From positions 21,070-85,069 of the forward strand of contig CAXHAT010000006.1 in assembly GCA_964014485.1 (NCBI GenBank): a stretch of DNA of 64,000 nucleotides, given 5' to 3'. A program made the translations under genes and the position numbers. Source of the DNA: an uncultured Deferribacteres bacterium. GTDB lineage: Bacteria; Zhuqueibacterota; Zhuqueibacteria; Zhuqueibacterales; Geothermadaptataceae. Of this stretch, positions 47,451 through 57,740 are shown piece after piece (positions within the stretch are counted from its first letter, which is position 1; each line of letters begins with the position of its first letter). The notes under the pieces were generated by a model, which made no database searches, had not been told where the DNA came from, and saw only the letters and a program-made list of their open reading frames with translations.

Positions 47451-49547
47451 TCAGGAAGATGCGATAATGTTTGAAATTTTGTGACTTAACTCGCTAATTC
47501 TGAAGGGTTTTACAATTGCTTCTATAAAGCCGTGCTTTCTGAAATCTGACATGATGGGATCGTTAGAATAGCCGCTCGAGACAATAGCTCTCGCTGCCGG
47601 ATCGGTCTCAAGAATCTCTTGCGCCGCCTCTTTGCCGCCCATGCCGCCAGGAATAGTCAAGTCCATGATGACTACGTCGAACGGCGCATTGCTTTCAGAT
47701 GCTTCGCGGTAGAGTCGAACGGACTCCGCGCCGTCAACGGCAAAAGTGACGTCGTAACCCAGCCGTTTTAGCATCGTTCCGGTGACGTCCCTTACAATTT
47801 GTTCGTCGTCTAAAACGAGAATGCGCCCTTCTCCCTTGGTGATCGTTTTTTGTTGGGCGTTTGTAATTTCCGCTTTTCGCTGCGACGCGGGAAGATAAAT
47901 GGAAAAGCAGGCGCCGCTTCCCTGTTCGGAATCAACCTGAATATGCCCGCCGTGCTTTTTGATGATCGAGTAACAGACTGCCAGGCCCAGACCCGTGCCT
48001 TTTTCTTTGGTCGTAAAATAAGGCTCGAAAATTTTCTCCAGATTTTCTTGTGGAATTCCTTCGCCGTTATCTTTGATATCAATCCGAACGGCGTCACCTT
48101 CAACCATCGGGAGGCCCGAGAAACTATCGATTTTGACATTCTTTGCTTCGACTTCCAGTCGTCCGCGGCCGGCCGTCGCCTGGATGGCGTTTATGACAAG
48201 ATTGTTCAAGACTTGATTGATTTGAGCTTCGTCCACATCAACGTCGGCGAGGTCTTCCGTCACGGAGAATTTGCAGGTCACGCTCGCGCCGGTTAATGCG
48301 AAGTTCACCGCTTCTTCAAGAAGCTTTGCCATTGAAACCGTTTCTCGCGAAGACGCTCCTCCTTTGGAAAAAGACAGAAGTTGCTGAGTCAGCACTTTCG
48401 CTTGCAGAGACGCTTTTTCCGCTTTTGTAAGGTAAGCGTACCCATCGTCTTGACTGGATGCGTTCATTTTCGCGATCGACAGATTGCCGAGAATTCCGGT
48501 GAGAAAATTGTTAAAGTCGTGCGCAATGCCCCCCGCCAAAAGCCCCAATGATTCCAGGTTTCTAGAGCGATTTAATTCCGCTTCAAGCTTTCTCTTTTCA
48601 GAGACGTCCCTGAACGCGACGACCGTTCCAATAATTTTGCTGTTCAAATCATGGATTGGAGATGCGGCGACAAAGACTGGGGTGGATTTTCCGGTTTTGG
48701 GGATTATCAATTCCTTGTCATCATATTCGATGAAGCGTTGAGAATCAATCAGATCGTTGGTTTCTATCGAAGATTTTTGCTGCGTTGCAATATCAATAAA
48801 CTGGAAAACTTTGTGTAAATCGGCGCCGACAATTTCTTCAGCCTGCAGGCCGAGGACTGATTCCGCGACTTTGTTAGTCGAAAGAATTTTGCCGTGAATA
48901 TCAGTAGAAATGACGCCTTCCCCAATGCTTCTGAGAGTAACGGCCAGCAGTTCTTTTTCCGCGGCGAGAGCAGTTCTCGCTCTAGAGCGCTCCACCGCGC
49001 CGCCAATGCTTGCTGCAACCGCCGTCAAAACAGCCAATTCGTTTGTCGTCCACGGACGTTCCGAATGACAATCGTCAAACCCGATAAAACCCCAAAACAG
49101 CTTTTCGATAAAAATTGGAACGACCACCATCGATTTTATTTGCTGCAATTCGAAAACTTCTCTTTCCGACTCCGGCAGTTCACTGACAATAACGTTGATC
49201 GGTTGATTGCTCTCCATCAACGCATAAATTCTGTCCATCCCGACTTCTTCCGGAATAACGTTTTGCAGCTCGAGGTTGTCGATCTGCGGAACCGATGCCG
49301 CGCTGCACCACTCGTATCTTTGGCTGACGACTTTGCGGCTTTTCTCGGGATTGTCATGCGCTTCAAAAACGTAAACGCGGTCGACTTCGGTCGCGCCGCC
49401 CAAAATTTCGAGCGCTTTGTTAATGGCCAGGTCGGGCGCCTGGATGGTTAGCAAGCTGTTTGTCGCCGCCGCAACTCCGCTAAGCAAAGCTTCGGCTCGA
49501 CGAATCGCTTCTTGAGAATCTGATCGCATCTGTACCTTATTCGACAC
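47451..49547 (-). CDS. Hybrid sensor kinase (GAF-PAS-HisKA-HATPase-REC)
   Basis: GFIGFDDC (GAF), LAGGIAHDFNN, NLVINA, FTTK..GTGLGL and a receiver domain (VLDDE, MD..IPG, KPF). Confidence 0.93.
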   Translation of the reverse strand: MSNKVQMRSDSQEAIRRAEALLSGVAAATNSLLTIQAPDLAINKALEILGGATEVDRVYVFEAHDNPEKSRKVVSQRYEWCSAASVPQIDNLELQNVIPEEVGMDRIYALMESNQPINVIVSELPESEREVFELQQIKSMVVVPIFIEKLFWGFIGFDDCHSERPWTTNELAVLTAVAASIGGAVERSRARTALAAEKELLAVTLRSIGEGVISTDIHGKILSTNKVAESVLGLQAEEIVGADLHKVFQFIDIATQQKSSIETNDLIDSQRFIEYDDKELIIPKTGKSTPVFVAASPIHDLNSKIIGTVVAFRDVSEKRKLEAELNRSRNLESLGLLAGGIAHDFNNFLTGILGNLSIAKMNASSQDDGYAYLTKAEKASLQAKVLTQQLLSFSKGGASSRETVSMAKLLEEAVNFALTGASVTCKFSVTEDLADVDVDEAQINQVLNNLVINAIQATAGRGRLEVEAKNVKIDSFSGLPMVEGDAVRIDIKDNGEGIPQENLEKIFEPYFTTKEKGTGLGLAVCYSIIKKHGGHIQVDSEQGSGACFSIYLPASQRKAEITNAQQKTITKGEGRILVLDDEQIVRDVTGTMLKRLGYDVTFAVDGAESVRLYREASESNAPFDVVIMDLTIPGGMGGKEAAQEILETDPAARAIVSSGYSNDPIMSDFRKHGFIEAIVKPFRISELSHKISNIIASS

Positions 49548-49918
49548 TGGTTCACCTTTGGGCTGCTGCGCCCATCAATCATTAATCGGATTCATCGGCA
49601 ACTAGGTAAAACGCCTTTATGCCCGTTCAAATCGAGAAACAACAATTTGGTCGGTCTGTTAGAATCAGTCATGTTGAATGGGTTTGTTCAAAAGGAAGAA
49701 AAAGACAAGTTTTCGGCATACTTGTGTACAATAATTTTGGCGCGCGGTAAATGCGCTTCAAAAATCGCGTAAAAATGTATTAGCGGCGCCAATTTCGCTT
49801 TGCGTGATACTTTTAAGAGCAATTTGCGGAAAAAATCAAAAAGAGCGTTGCGAAATCGGGAGTCCGCCGCGATCGATGATATTTAACCGCAAGGCCGCTT
49901 GCAACTAATCCATGAAGT

Positions 49919-52900
49919 TTGCTAAGTTTCCCGAATTCAAAAGAACCAAAAACCTATCGCAGAATCGAATTTAGCCGCATCGTGACAAACAGATTTTTGA
50001 GCTTAAAACGCTCTGGTCAAATTCTCGCCGTTCTTGCTTTTCTTTGTCAACTTGCCCCAGCGTTATCCTTCGCATTTCCGACAGAGCAAGTACAGAAAAG
50101 TCAAACGACGCTAATCTTAAAATTCTCAACGCATAACTTGGCCAAATCTTCAAATGCAGAACGCTTTCTGCAAACGATTTTTGACGCCGCCAATTTCCGA
50201 AATGTGCAATTCAAGTCACGCCCGGTTTTTTATTCTACCGCATCCGAACCTTTCCTGGATTCATATGCTATTCTAAGTTTTGAAGATAATCTATCTCTCC
50301 CTGCGGCACTTGCCGTCCTTCAAAATCACTCAGCCATAGAGTACGTGCAATACAATCATTACTTTGAGACAGACCACGTTAATCCGAACGATTCACTTTT
50401 TGCGGAACAATGGGGCTTGAGCGCTGTCCGAGCATCGCGCGCTTGGGAAACTGAAACAGGCGCCTCGGAAATCATTATCGCGGTGATCGACACCGGCATT
50501 GAAGATCAACATCCCGATCTCAAACGCGCGATCTGGATTAACGCTGGAGAAGACTTAAACCAAAACGGCGTTTCAGATCATGAAGACCTCAACGGCATCG
50601 ACGATGACGGCAATGGCTTTGTCGACGATATTCGCGGCTGGGATTTCACTGATGCGCCGAATTTCGTCGACGGCGGCGACTATCTTGCCAGAGACAACGA
50701 CCCTTCTGATGAACACGGTCACGGCACCTCAGTCTCGGGAATTATCGCTGCTGAAATGAACAACGGTCTGGGCGTTTCCGGCCTGGCGCCGAGCTGCCGA
50801 ATTATGAATTTGCGCGCAGGAACAAGTCAAGGTCTGCTCGAAGAGGATGACGTTGCCGCCGCGATAGTTTACGCCGTTCAGAACGGAGCGAGCGTTATCA
50901 ACATGAGTTTTGGCGATACGGTCGTTTCACCGTTTTTGCGCGACGTCATCCAATATGCTCACAAGCGCGGCGTCGTTCTCGTGGCTTCCGCTGGAAACAG
51001 CGGGACTGACTTGCCGCACTATCCTTCCGGTTTTAGCGAAACCGTTTCGGTTGGCGCAATTCAACAAAACCTGGCGCTCGCGGGATTTTCAAATTTTGGC
51101 GCAACTGTAGACCTCGTTGCGCCCGGACAACAAATATGGACAACAAAAAAGGGCGGCGAGTACCATCTTTTTTCCGGCACTTCCGCTTCAGCGCCTTTTG
51201 TTTCGGCGCTCGCCGGACTGTTGCTTTCAAGTCGCCCCGAGCTGACTCCGGCGCAAATCAAAAGTATACTCACGACAACAGCCATGGATTTAGGCGATGA
51301 AGGCTGGGACGCGCAATTTGGAGCCGGGCTTATCGACGCGGCCTTTGCCATTGAAGCCGAACATGCCGCAATTGCCGAAATCAAATCGCCGAAAATGGAC
51401 GCCGGATTCGCCCCAGAAACTGTAACGATTCGGGGAACGGCAAGCGGCGCTTTTCTGGCCAATTATTCCCTAAGCTATCGCGCAGCAACTTCATCGGAGA
51501 ACTGGAGCGAGATCACGTTTGTCGAAAACAGACAGATTATTGACGATTCCCTCGGAGTCTGGCAAACGGAAAACATCCCTGACGGCGAATACCTGCTGCG
51601 ACTTGAGGTTGTCGAACAAAACGGCGCGCGCATAGAAGACAACGTTCGCGTTTTTCTCGACGGGACGCCGCCGAGTATTCAAAACGTTGCCGTTACGCCA
51701 ATGTTGGACCGCGACCAACACGCTGCGCTGATTTCTTTTGAAACTGACGATATTTCTTCGGCGATGCTGAATTGGCGCGCTCGCGGAAGCAGTGAATTTC
51801 GACAAATACCGTTCAATTTTGTTGTCAACAAACACCGGCTGCTTTTTCCAGACGCTTTTTCAAACGGCGAAGCGGTTGACTTTTTTATCATCGCAAAAAA
51901 TGCTGCGGGATTGAGTGCGCAATTGCCGGATGACGGCTCGTTCTATGAGATTAATTTCTCTGAGCAGCCAGTTATAACTTCGCATTTTGCAGCTTCGACA
52001 ACGCAAATCCAGAGCGGCTTTTTATTGAGTCAATTCGTCGATCTTAACCAAAATGGACGGACCGAAATTGTACTGGCGCCAACAGGCCAAGACGGCGGAC
52101 TCGAAGAACTTCAAATCTTCGAAAAGAGCGGGGAAGGATTCGTCGAAGCATTTACCTTTTCAAAACCGCTCTTCCCGCGCGACGTCGGCGACAGCGACGG
52201 TGATGGTTTGCAGGAAGTCTTAGCGGGTTTTGGACCGTCGAGCTTCGTTTTTGAAGCGTCTTCAAAAAACGCCTTTCCAGCAAACATGGTTTGGGCGGAT
52301 TCGACGAACGATTTCTGGGCGGCGCGTTTTGCCGATGCAGACAGCGACGGTTTTGGGGAGATCATCGCCCGAGTTTCGAACGAATGGCAGGTTTGGGAAA
52401 ACGCCGGCGACAACAATTTTGCGTTTGCCGCTTCACTGCCGAACTTCACCGGCGGCGATAATCTCACAGGCCCGCCGAGAGCGGAAATTGCCGATTTTGA
52501 CGGCGACGGCAAGACCGAATTGCTCTTCGGAGATTTCGACGGCGACATTTTCATTTACGAAGCGAACGGCGACAACGTCTACCAACCAACTTGGTCGGAC
52601 AGCCTGCCGCTTCTCAACACAACGGATTTCATCAAAGCCGGAGATTTTGACGGCGACGGCGTAACGGATTTTGCCGTTGCCTGTCACACCGACCCTGATC
52701 TCAACACAGAGCACCAATTCGATGCGCGTCATTGGCTGGTTCGCATTTATCGCGGCATCGGGAATGACCAGTTTGATGCAGTCTGGGAGCAAGCTTTTTT
52801 CGGTTTTTTTCCGCCGAAAGATTTTGACTCCGGGCTTGGCGCAGGCGATCTCGACGGCGACGGGACGGACGAGCTTTTTCTCTCGCTCTTTCCCGACTTG

Positions 52901-54205
52901 TACGTGATCAAGTACCAGTCACCAGAAAACGCATTTCGCAGCGTTTGGCATTTCCGCACGACACAGAGCAACGCAATCGTCGCCGGCGGGCAAAACGCGC
53001 CGCCCGGATTTTTTTTCAATGACGGCCAAAGCATTCTTAGCGTAACCATGCCTGATTTTTCCAGCCAACCGCCCGCGCCGTTGGGTTTTGATGCTTTTGC
53101 GTTGAACGAAAAGAGCGTGCGGTTGCGCTGGAACGCTTCCACATCCGCTCAGGCCTGGCGCGTCTATCGCGGTCTCTCTGAAAATGAAAAAACGTTCCTT
53201 TTAAGCACACAAAAGGCGTTTGCAACGGACGCGAGCGTCATCGGAAATCAAACCTATTTTTACGCCGTTTCAGCCGTCGACTCATCATTCGCGTCTCCAG
53301 AAAGCGCGCTGTCGCCGTCGCTTGCCGTAACGCCCGCACAGGGCCCGTCACTCTTGCAGGCGCAGTTCGTACCCGAAAGCCATGTGCAGTTGCTGTTTTC
53401 CAAACCTATGGGCGGCTCGGCAAAAATTGCTTCAAATTTTGTGGCGGACGGCGAGAAAATTCCAACCAGTGCGGTTTTGGCTTCCGGCGGACGCGAGGTC
53501 GTCCTAACTTTCGAAACGCTTTCGCCGGGCGAGCACGAGATTACCGCAAAAAATCTTAGCGGCGTTGATCGGACGCCGTTGAATTTGAACGCATCATCGG
53601 CAAATTTTCACGTTTCTGAGCCGGAAAAACGATTTTACCTAATATCTGCCGAAATCATCGACGACCAAAGTTTGCGCATCATCTTCAACATGCTGGTCGA
53701 TCCCGCCGACGCGGTTAAAAAAGATCATTTTCTGGCAAGCGCGCCTTTAAAGATTTCGCAAACTTTCCCTGACCCGGACGATGACAGTGCGGTTCTTCTG
53801 AAATTCGAAGGCCAGCGAAGTCTCGCGCCGCGCGGCGTTCCTTATACGATTACTGTCTCGGGATTGAGCAGTCTGACGGGCGTTGTTTTGCGAAAGGGCG
53901 AGGGCGACGTCATTGGTTTTGAGCCGATTGTCGAAGGCCTGGAACGGCTGTTTATTTACCCCAATCCATTCAACCCAAAAGCTGACGGGGCTGTTTCCGT
54001 TTCAGGTTTGCCTGAAAATAGCGAAGTTTTTGTATTTGATGAAACAGGCCGCGTGGTGCGAACGCTTTCTGAACGCATCGCCAACAATGTGATGCGCTGG
54101 GACGGAACCGATGACGGCGGTAAAGCGGTCGCCGGCGGAATTTACATCGTCCTTGCCCGACACGACGGCAAAAAAGCTTTTGCAAAAATTGCGGTGATTC
54201 GATGA
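49919..54205 (+). CDS. Secreted S8 protease with FG-GAP/VCBS repeats, FN3 and C-terminal sorting domain; start uncertain
   Basis: VIDTG, HGTSVSG, SAGN and GTSASAP; D.DGDG repeats; IYPNPFNP...KIAVIR tail. Confidence 0.9.
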   Translation: MLSFPNSKEPKTYRRIEFSRIVTNRFLSLKRSGQILAVLAFLCQLAPALSFAFPTEQVQKSQTTLILKFSTHNLAKSSNAERFLQTIFDAANFRNVQFKSRPVFYSTASEPFLDSYAILSFEDNLSLPAALAVLQNHSAIEYVQYNHYFETDHVNPNDSLFAEQWGLSAVRASRAWETETGASEIIIAVIDTGIEDQHPDLKRAIWINAGEDLNQNGVSDHEDLNGIDDDGNGFVDDIRGWDFTDAPNFVDGGDYLARDNDPSDEHGHGTSVSGIIAAEMNNGLGVSGLAPSCRIMNLRAGTSQGLLEEDDVAAAIVYAVQNGASVINMSFGDTVVSPFLRDVIQYAHKRGVVLVASAGNSGTDLPHYPSGFSETVSVGAIQQNLALAGFSNFGATVDLVAPGQQIWTTKKGGEYHLFSGTSASAPFVSALAGLLLSSRPELTPAQIKSILTTTAMDLGDEGWDAQFGAGLIDAAFAIEAEHAAIAEIKSPKMDAGFAPETVTIRGTASGAFLANYSLSYRAATSSENWSEITFVENRQIIDDSLGVWQTENIPDGEYLLRLEVVEQNGARIEDNVRVFLDGTPPSIQNVAVTPMLDRDQHAALISFETDDISSAMLNWRARGSSEFRQIPFNFVVNKHRLLFPDAFSNGEAVDFFIIAKNAAGLSAQLPDDGSFYEINFSEQPVITSHFAASTTQIQSGFLLSQFVDLNQNGRTEIVLAPTGQDGGLEELQIFEKSGEGFVEAFTFSKPLFPRDVGDSDGDGLQEVLAGFGPSSFVFEASSKNAFPANMVWADSTNDFWAARFADADSDGFGEIIARVSNEWQVWENAGDNNFAFAASLPNFTGGDNLTGPPRAEIADFDGDGKTELLFGDFDGDIFIYEANGDNVYQPTWSDSLPLLNTTDFIKAGDFDGDGVTDFAVACHTDPDLNTEHQFDARHWLVRIYRGIGNDQFDAVWEQAFFGFFPPKDFDSGLGAGDLDGDGTDELFLSLFPDLYVIKYQSPENAFRSVWHFRTTQSNAIVAGGQNAPPGFFFNDGQSILSVTMPDFSSQPPAPLGFDAFALNEKSVRLRWNASTSAQAWRVYRGLSENEKTFLLSTQKAFATDASVIGNQTYFYAVSAVDSSFASPESALSPSLAVTPAQGPSLLQAQFVPESHVQLLFSKPMGGSAKIASNFVADGEKIPTSAVLASGGREVVLTFETLSPGEHEITAKNLSGVDRTPLNLNASSANFHVSEPEKRFYLISAEIIDDQSLRIIFNMLVDPADAVKKDHFLASAPLKISQTFPDPDDDSAVLLKFEGQRSLAPRGVPYTITVSGLSSLTGVVLRKGEGDVIGFEPIVEGLERLFIYPNPFNPKADGAVSVSGLPENSEVFVFDETGRVVRTLSERIANNVMRWDGTDDGGKAVAGGIYIVLARHDGKKAFAKIAVIR

Positions 54206-54828
54206 AGCGTCCTCCCATTTTTCAGGTAGGTTTGACCGGCGGCATCGGCTGCGGGAAATCCGCCGTGCGCCGTATGGTCAGCGAACTTGGCTTTCCGACA
54301 ATCGACGTTGACACGGTAGCCAAAAATATCGCCGTTGAAGACGCTGAAGCGATTGCTGCGATCAAAAAAACGTTTGGCGAAGAAGTGTACGACAAGAACG
54401 GCGGCTTGCAGCGCAAAGTATTGGCGGCAAAAGTGTTCGGTGATCGCGCTGAGTTGGCGAAGCTCAACAAAATTGTGCATCCGCGCGTTTTCGTCCATGT
54501 CAACCGCTTGTTGGCGCCGTTTGTTGAGCAGGGGCGAAAAATCGCAGTCATCGAAGCCGCGCTTTTTTATGAATCGGGCTGGGATCACAACATGGACAAA
54601 ATGGCCGTCGTCACTGCGCCGATGGAAAAACGTTTGGCATGGGCGCAAGCGCGGGACAATTCCAGTGAAGCGGAAATCCGTGCGCGTATGGCGCATCAAA
54701 TCCCCGTGGAAGAAAAGGCCAAGCGTGCGGATTATGTGATCGAAAATGACGGTTCTTTAGAAGAGCTGCGAGAAAAGGTCTCTGCTTTTATGACGTGGGT
54801 GCAAGAACAAATCAGATCATCGGAGTAA
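54202..54828 (+). CDS. coaE: Dephospho-CoA kinase
   Basis: GLTGGIGCGKS, L..IVHP, R..HQ and AD.VIENDG. Confidence 0.95.
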   Translation: MKRPPIFQVGLTGGIGCGKSAVRRMVSELGFPTIDVDTVAKNIAVEDAEAIAAIKKTFGEEVYDKNGGLQRKVLAAKVFGDRAELAKLNKIVHPRVFVHVNRLLAPFVEQGRKIAVIEAALFYESGWDHNMDKMAVVTAPMEKRLAWAQARDNSSEAEIRARMAHQIPVEEKAKRADYVIENDGSLEELREKVSAFMTWVQEQIRSSE

Positions 54829-54900
54829 TGGAAAATTTTTTTGAAAAATAGAAGAGCGCGACATACGGCCAATTCCATTAATCCGTCATTCCAAAACTCC
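54822..54900. repeat. Inverted 8-nt-period GGA-N5 arrays overlapping the coaE stop
   Basis: GGA at 54822/54830; TCC at 54874/54882/54890/54898. Confidence 0.6.
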
Positions 54901-54929
54901 AGCAAACTATCCAAAACAAGGAGTGAATT

Positions 54930-55826
54930 ATGATAGCCTCTATTTTAGCGCTTTTGCTCGTCGCCGCGGGAGCGACGAAAGACCCGAAGAATTTTTGGGA
55001 TCATTGGGGCGACGGCAAAGCCGAACTTTCGTCCTACAAACTCACCATTCCGCGCTACGGAGAATTTCGCGAAGGGCATTCCGTAATGATTTTTGTCACC
55101 GAAGACGTTTCGCGCAAAACACGCATCAAAGTTGAATCGCAAGACGTGCCGCAAGGCGAGCGCGTTCCGGTTTTGAAGCTCAACCGCGTGGTTAAGTTCA
55201 ACACCGGCATTTATGACTATTCGGTGATGACTTCGGTTTTCAGCGCGGTTGAAAAAGAATTTGGGCGGGACTATTTTGGGCCGATGAAAATCTCATTTAC
55301 GGCCCAGGAATGGTGCGGGCACGTTTTTCAAATGCTGCTTCCGCATGAAGATGAAGCGCAATTGGAAATGCACAGCTATTTCCAAAGCGAGGGCGATCAA
55401 CGCCGCGAGATCGATCTGCCAACGGACGCGATGTATGAAGATAATCTGCCGATCTGGATTCGCGAATTGAAGGGCGAAGTGCTGCAAGTTGGCGAGAAAC
55501 GCGAAATCAAAATCCTGCCAAGCCTTTGGCAGTTGCGCGCTGGTCACGTTAAGGCGGCGTTCAAAAAAGGCTGGATTCAAAAAGAGGAAGCCGGGCAGAT
55601 AGAAGCGCTTGACAGCCAGATCGACGCATGGAAATGGACTTGGAAAATTGACGACCGCACGGAGACATGGTGCGTTGAAAAAGCCGCGCCGTCACGTATT
55701 CTCAAATTTAGCTCGTCAGACGGTACGAGGGGCGAGATTATGAAATCCGTCCGCCTGCCGTACTGGCAATTGCACGACAATGACGATTTGCATTATCGCT
55801 CTGAATTGGGAGTCTCCGGAAAATGA
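54930..55826 (+). CDS. Conserved-looking secreted hypothetical protein
   Basis: Signal peptide, RBS ggag, and motif-like blocks GKAELS.Y, IFVTE, VLKLN, TGIY.YS and QEWCG. Confidence 0.75.
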   Translation: MIASILALLLVAAGATKDPKNFWDHWGDGKAELSSYKLTIPRYGEFREGHSVMIFVTEDVSRKTRIKVESQDVPQGERVPVLKLNRVVKFNTGIYDYSVMTSVFSAVEKEFGRDYFGPMKISFTAQEWCGHVFQMLLPHEDEAQLEMHSYFQSEGDQRREIDLPTDAMYEDNLPIWIRELKGEVLQVGEKREIKILPSLWQLRAGHVKAAFKKGWIQKEEAGQIEALDSQIDAWKWTWKIDDRTETWCVEKAAPSRILKFSSSDGTRGEIMKSVRLPYWQLHDNDDLHYRSELGVSGK

Positions 55827-56218
55827 TGCGACCTTTTTTCATGGCTTTGCTTGCTATTGCTTCTCTTTTATTTGTGGCCTGCTCAGGCAGTGAAGACGCC
55901 GAACAAGATTTGCTGGCCGGTTCAGCGCCAAAAGTCAACGTGAGCGTTTCTGTAATCGCCGACAGTTTAAACCAATTGTCCGCGACTCACCAAGTTGCGA
56001 AAAACGCCAATGCGCGCGATTTTTTAAAGCAGGTTTTTCAAATGCAATTCGCCGATGCTCAGGAAAAATTCGTGACCGGAATAGCCGGCTGGCAAGCGGA
56101 CAAAGATAGGAGAGAATTTTGGTCGCTGGAAGTGAATGGCGCTCCTTCACAGGTGGGGATTTCGGAGGTCAAAATTGAAAAGCAGACGGAAATCGTCTGG
56201 CGGTTGAAAAGGTATTAA
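55823..56218 (+). CDS. DUF4430-like lipoprotein
   Basis: Lipobox FVAC; FVTGI.G...FW...VNG..S.VG. Confidence 0.7.
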   Translation: MMRPFFMALLAIASLLFVACSGSEDAEQDLLAGSAPKVNVSVSVIADSLNQLSATHQVAKNANARDFLKQVFQMQFADAQEKFVTGIAGWQADKDRREFWSLEVNGAPSQVGISEVKIEKQTEIVWRLKRY

Positions 56219-56247
56219 ACTGTAGACTGTAGGAAACTAAATTTTTA

Positions 56248-56492
56248 ACTGATGTTACGCGCGGCAACGCACATCCTGAGTCTTAAAGCAAATCTCGTCT
56301 CATTAGCGCCGGACTTCAGTCCGGTGACGCATAAAACGCCCATTTTTCTCTCTTCCGCCGCGCCAGCGCGGCGGAAGAGAGGAGATAGTCGTCTTCAAAA
56401 AAACTCCGCTCTGAAGAGCGGAGCTAATGAGAATCAAAAGTTGCCCGCAGGCTTTGATCGCACGTGCCAGACGATACGTGCGTAACATCAGT
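56248..56492 (+). mobile_element. MITE family B, copy B5
   Basis: Ends actgatgttacgc / gcgtaacatcagt; 5-bp duplication tttta; internal tctcattagc...gctaatgaga (56298-56432) with ccggacttcagtccgg and ccgctctgaagagcgg hairpins. Confidence 0.9.
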
Positions 56493-56513
56493 TTTTAATC
56501 TAAAGTCCACGGC

Positions 56514-57695
56514 CTATCGACTGTTATACCGGCTGATCGTAACTCGTTGCAACGCTTCTTCTCGCGATATGTTTTCCGCCAGCCAAGCGTCTGCGTCGGA
56601 TTTTTTAAGCTGAAATACGACGCGCTTGGGGATGGCGGCGATGTTGCTTTTAACGCTGGCCGCAACGACAATCTTCTGGTTGTCGCTCAACTTCGGGAAA
56701 CGCTCGCACTGCTCAATAAGATAGCTTGCGATTCTATTTTCGAACGTCTCATACGCCTGTTTGACTTTCGGAATGTATTCCGATTGATCAACAGGGAATT
56801 CCTGGAAAAAATTGATTTGAAAGCCCGCCGTTTGACTGTCGGCGCTCCCGCGAGGTCGGAGCATAATCTCACGCATTCTATTATTCACAAACTCGTTGAA
56901 CTTGCGAATCTCTTCAATCTGTACAACGAATCCTGGTCGTCTCACCTGAGCGTGAATTGTATTTACCAAAAAGAGTACGCCAAAATCATCAAGATACAAA
57001 TTGGAGACGTTGCCGCGAATCACAAATCTTTCCCCGTCTTCCGAAGCGAGCGTTTCTTCAAATCCGCCGGCGATTTGCGCCAGGTTTTCAGCATTTTCGC
57101 GGGATGCGGTCAAGTCTGAATAATTGACAACCTGCCGAAATTCTTCATTATCAATGGATTGGCTGCGAAAGCGTGCAATGTCGCCTTGCTTTGCGGAAAG
57201 TTGAAATCCTGACGAAAAAACGCGCAAGGTTCTCTGATCAAAGCGATTGCCGAATAGCTGGACAATCGTCGGTTCCGCTTCGTAGAGCACGATGACGCGT
57301 TCATCTTTTTGTAATCTTCGCCCGGCGTCGGCGTAATCCCCAAGAAACTCCACCGCCGTATTTTTGAGCCTTTCCAGGTGCGTTTTGACCGGCTCGTCGC
57401 CTTGCCCGCCTTTACTGGCGTCAAAGAAATAATTAACGTCATAAAAACTTGACGGCACTTTTAAAATAACGCCGACTTTCGGCACGTAAATGCCCTGCGT
57501 TTGCCCGAATGGTTGTATCGACGTACGGCCGAACTGCCAATAGATCAAGCCGTCGAGAACATTTTCCATGATGTTGACGTCCCTGTGCATCAGGAACATC
57601 TCGAAGGAGTCGGCGTCTTTTTGCGCGGTTGCCCCAAAAGGCGTCCAACACAGCAAGGCAAATGCTAAAATCCGTTTATTTATTTTTCCACTCAT
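56514..57695 (-). CDS. Secreted hypothetical protein with an internally duplicated domain, third gene of the ECF module
   Basis: Signal peptide; the halves G.Y.PKVGVIL...L...E.VIV and .LYLDDFGVLF...L...QKIVV resemble each other. Confidence 0.7.
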   Translation of the reverse strand: MSGKINKRILAFALLCWTPFGATAQKDADSFEMFLMHRDVNIMENVLDGLIYWQFGRTSIQPFGQTQGIYVPKVGVILKVPSSFYDVNYFFDASKGGQGDEPVKTHLERLKNTAVEFLGDYADAGRRLQKDERVIVLYEAEPTIVQLFGNRFDQRTLRVFSSGFQLSAKQGDIARFRSQSIDNEEFRQVVNYSDLTASRENAENLAQIAGGFEETLASEDGERFVIRGNVSNLYLDDFGVLFLVNTIHAQVRRPGFVVQIEEIRKFNEFVNNRMREIMLRPRGSADSQTAGFQINFFQEFPVDQSEYIPKVKQAYETFENRIASYLIEQCERFPKLSDNQKIVVAASVKSNIAAIPKRVVFQLKKSDADAWLAENISREEALQRVTISRYNSR

Positions 57696-57740
57696 TCTTA
57701 AAAAATGACGAATTCAAAGAGTGTGTTGACAAATGTTCTT

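Noticed and set aside
54829..54929. Cobalamin riboswitch upstream of the DUF4430-containing genes
   Set aside because: No B12-box or other conserved riboswitch elements are visible in the 100-bp gap.
56219..56520. Heptamer repeat actgtag x2 with a possible inverted partner beyond B5
   Set aside because: Only two units and a weak partner; insufficient support.
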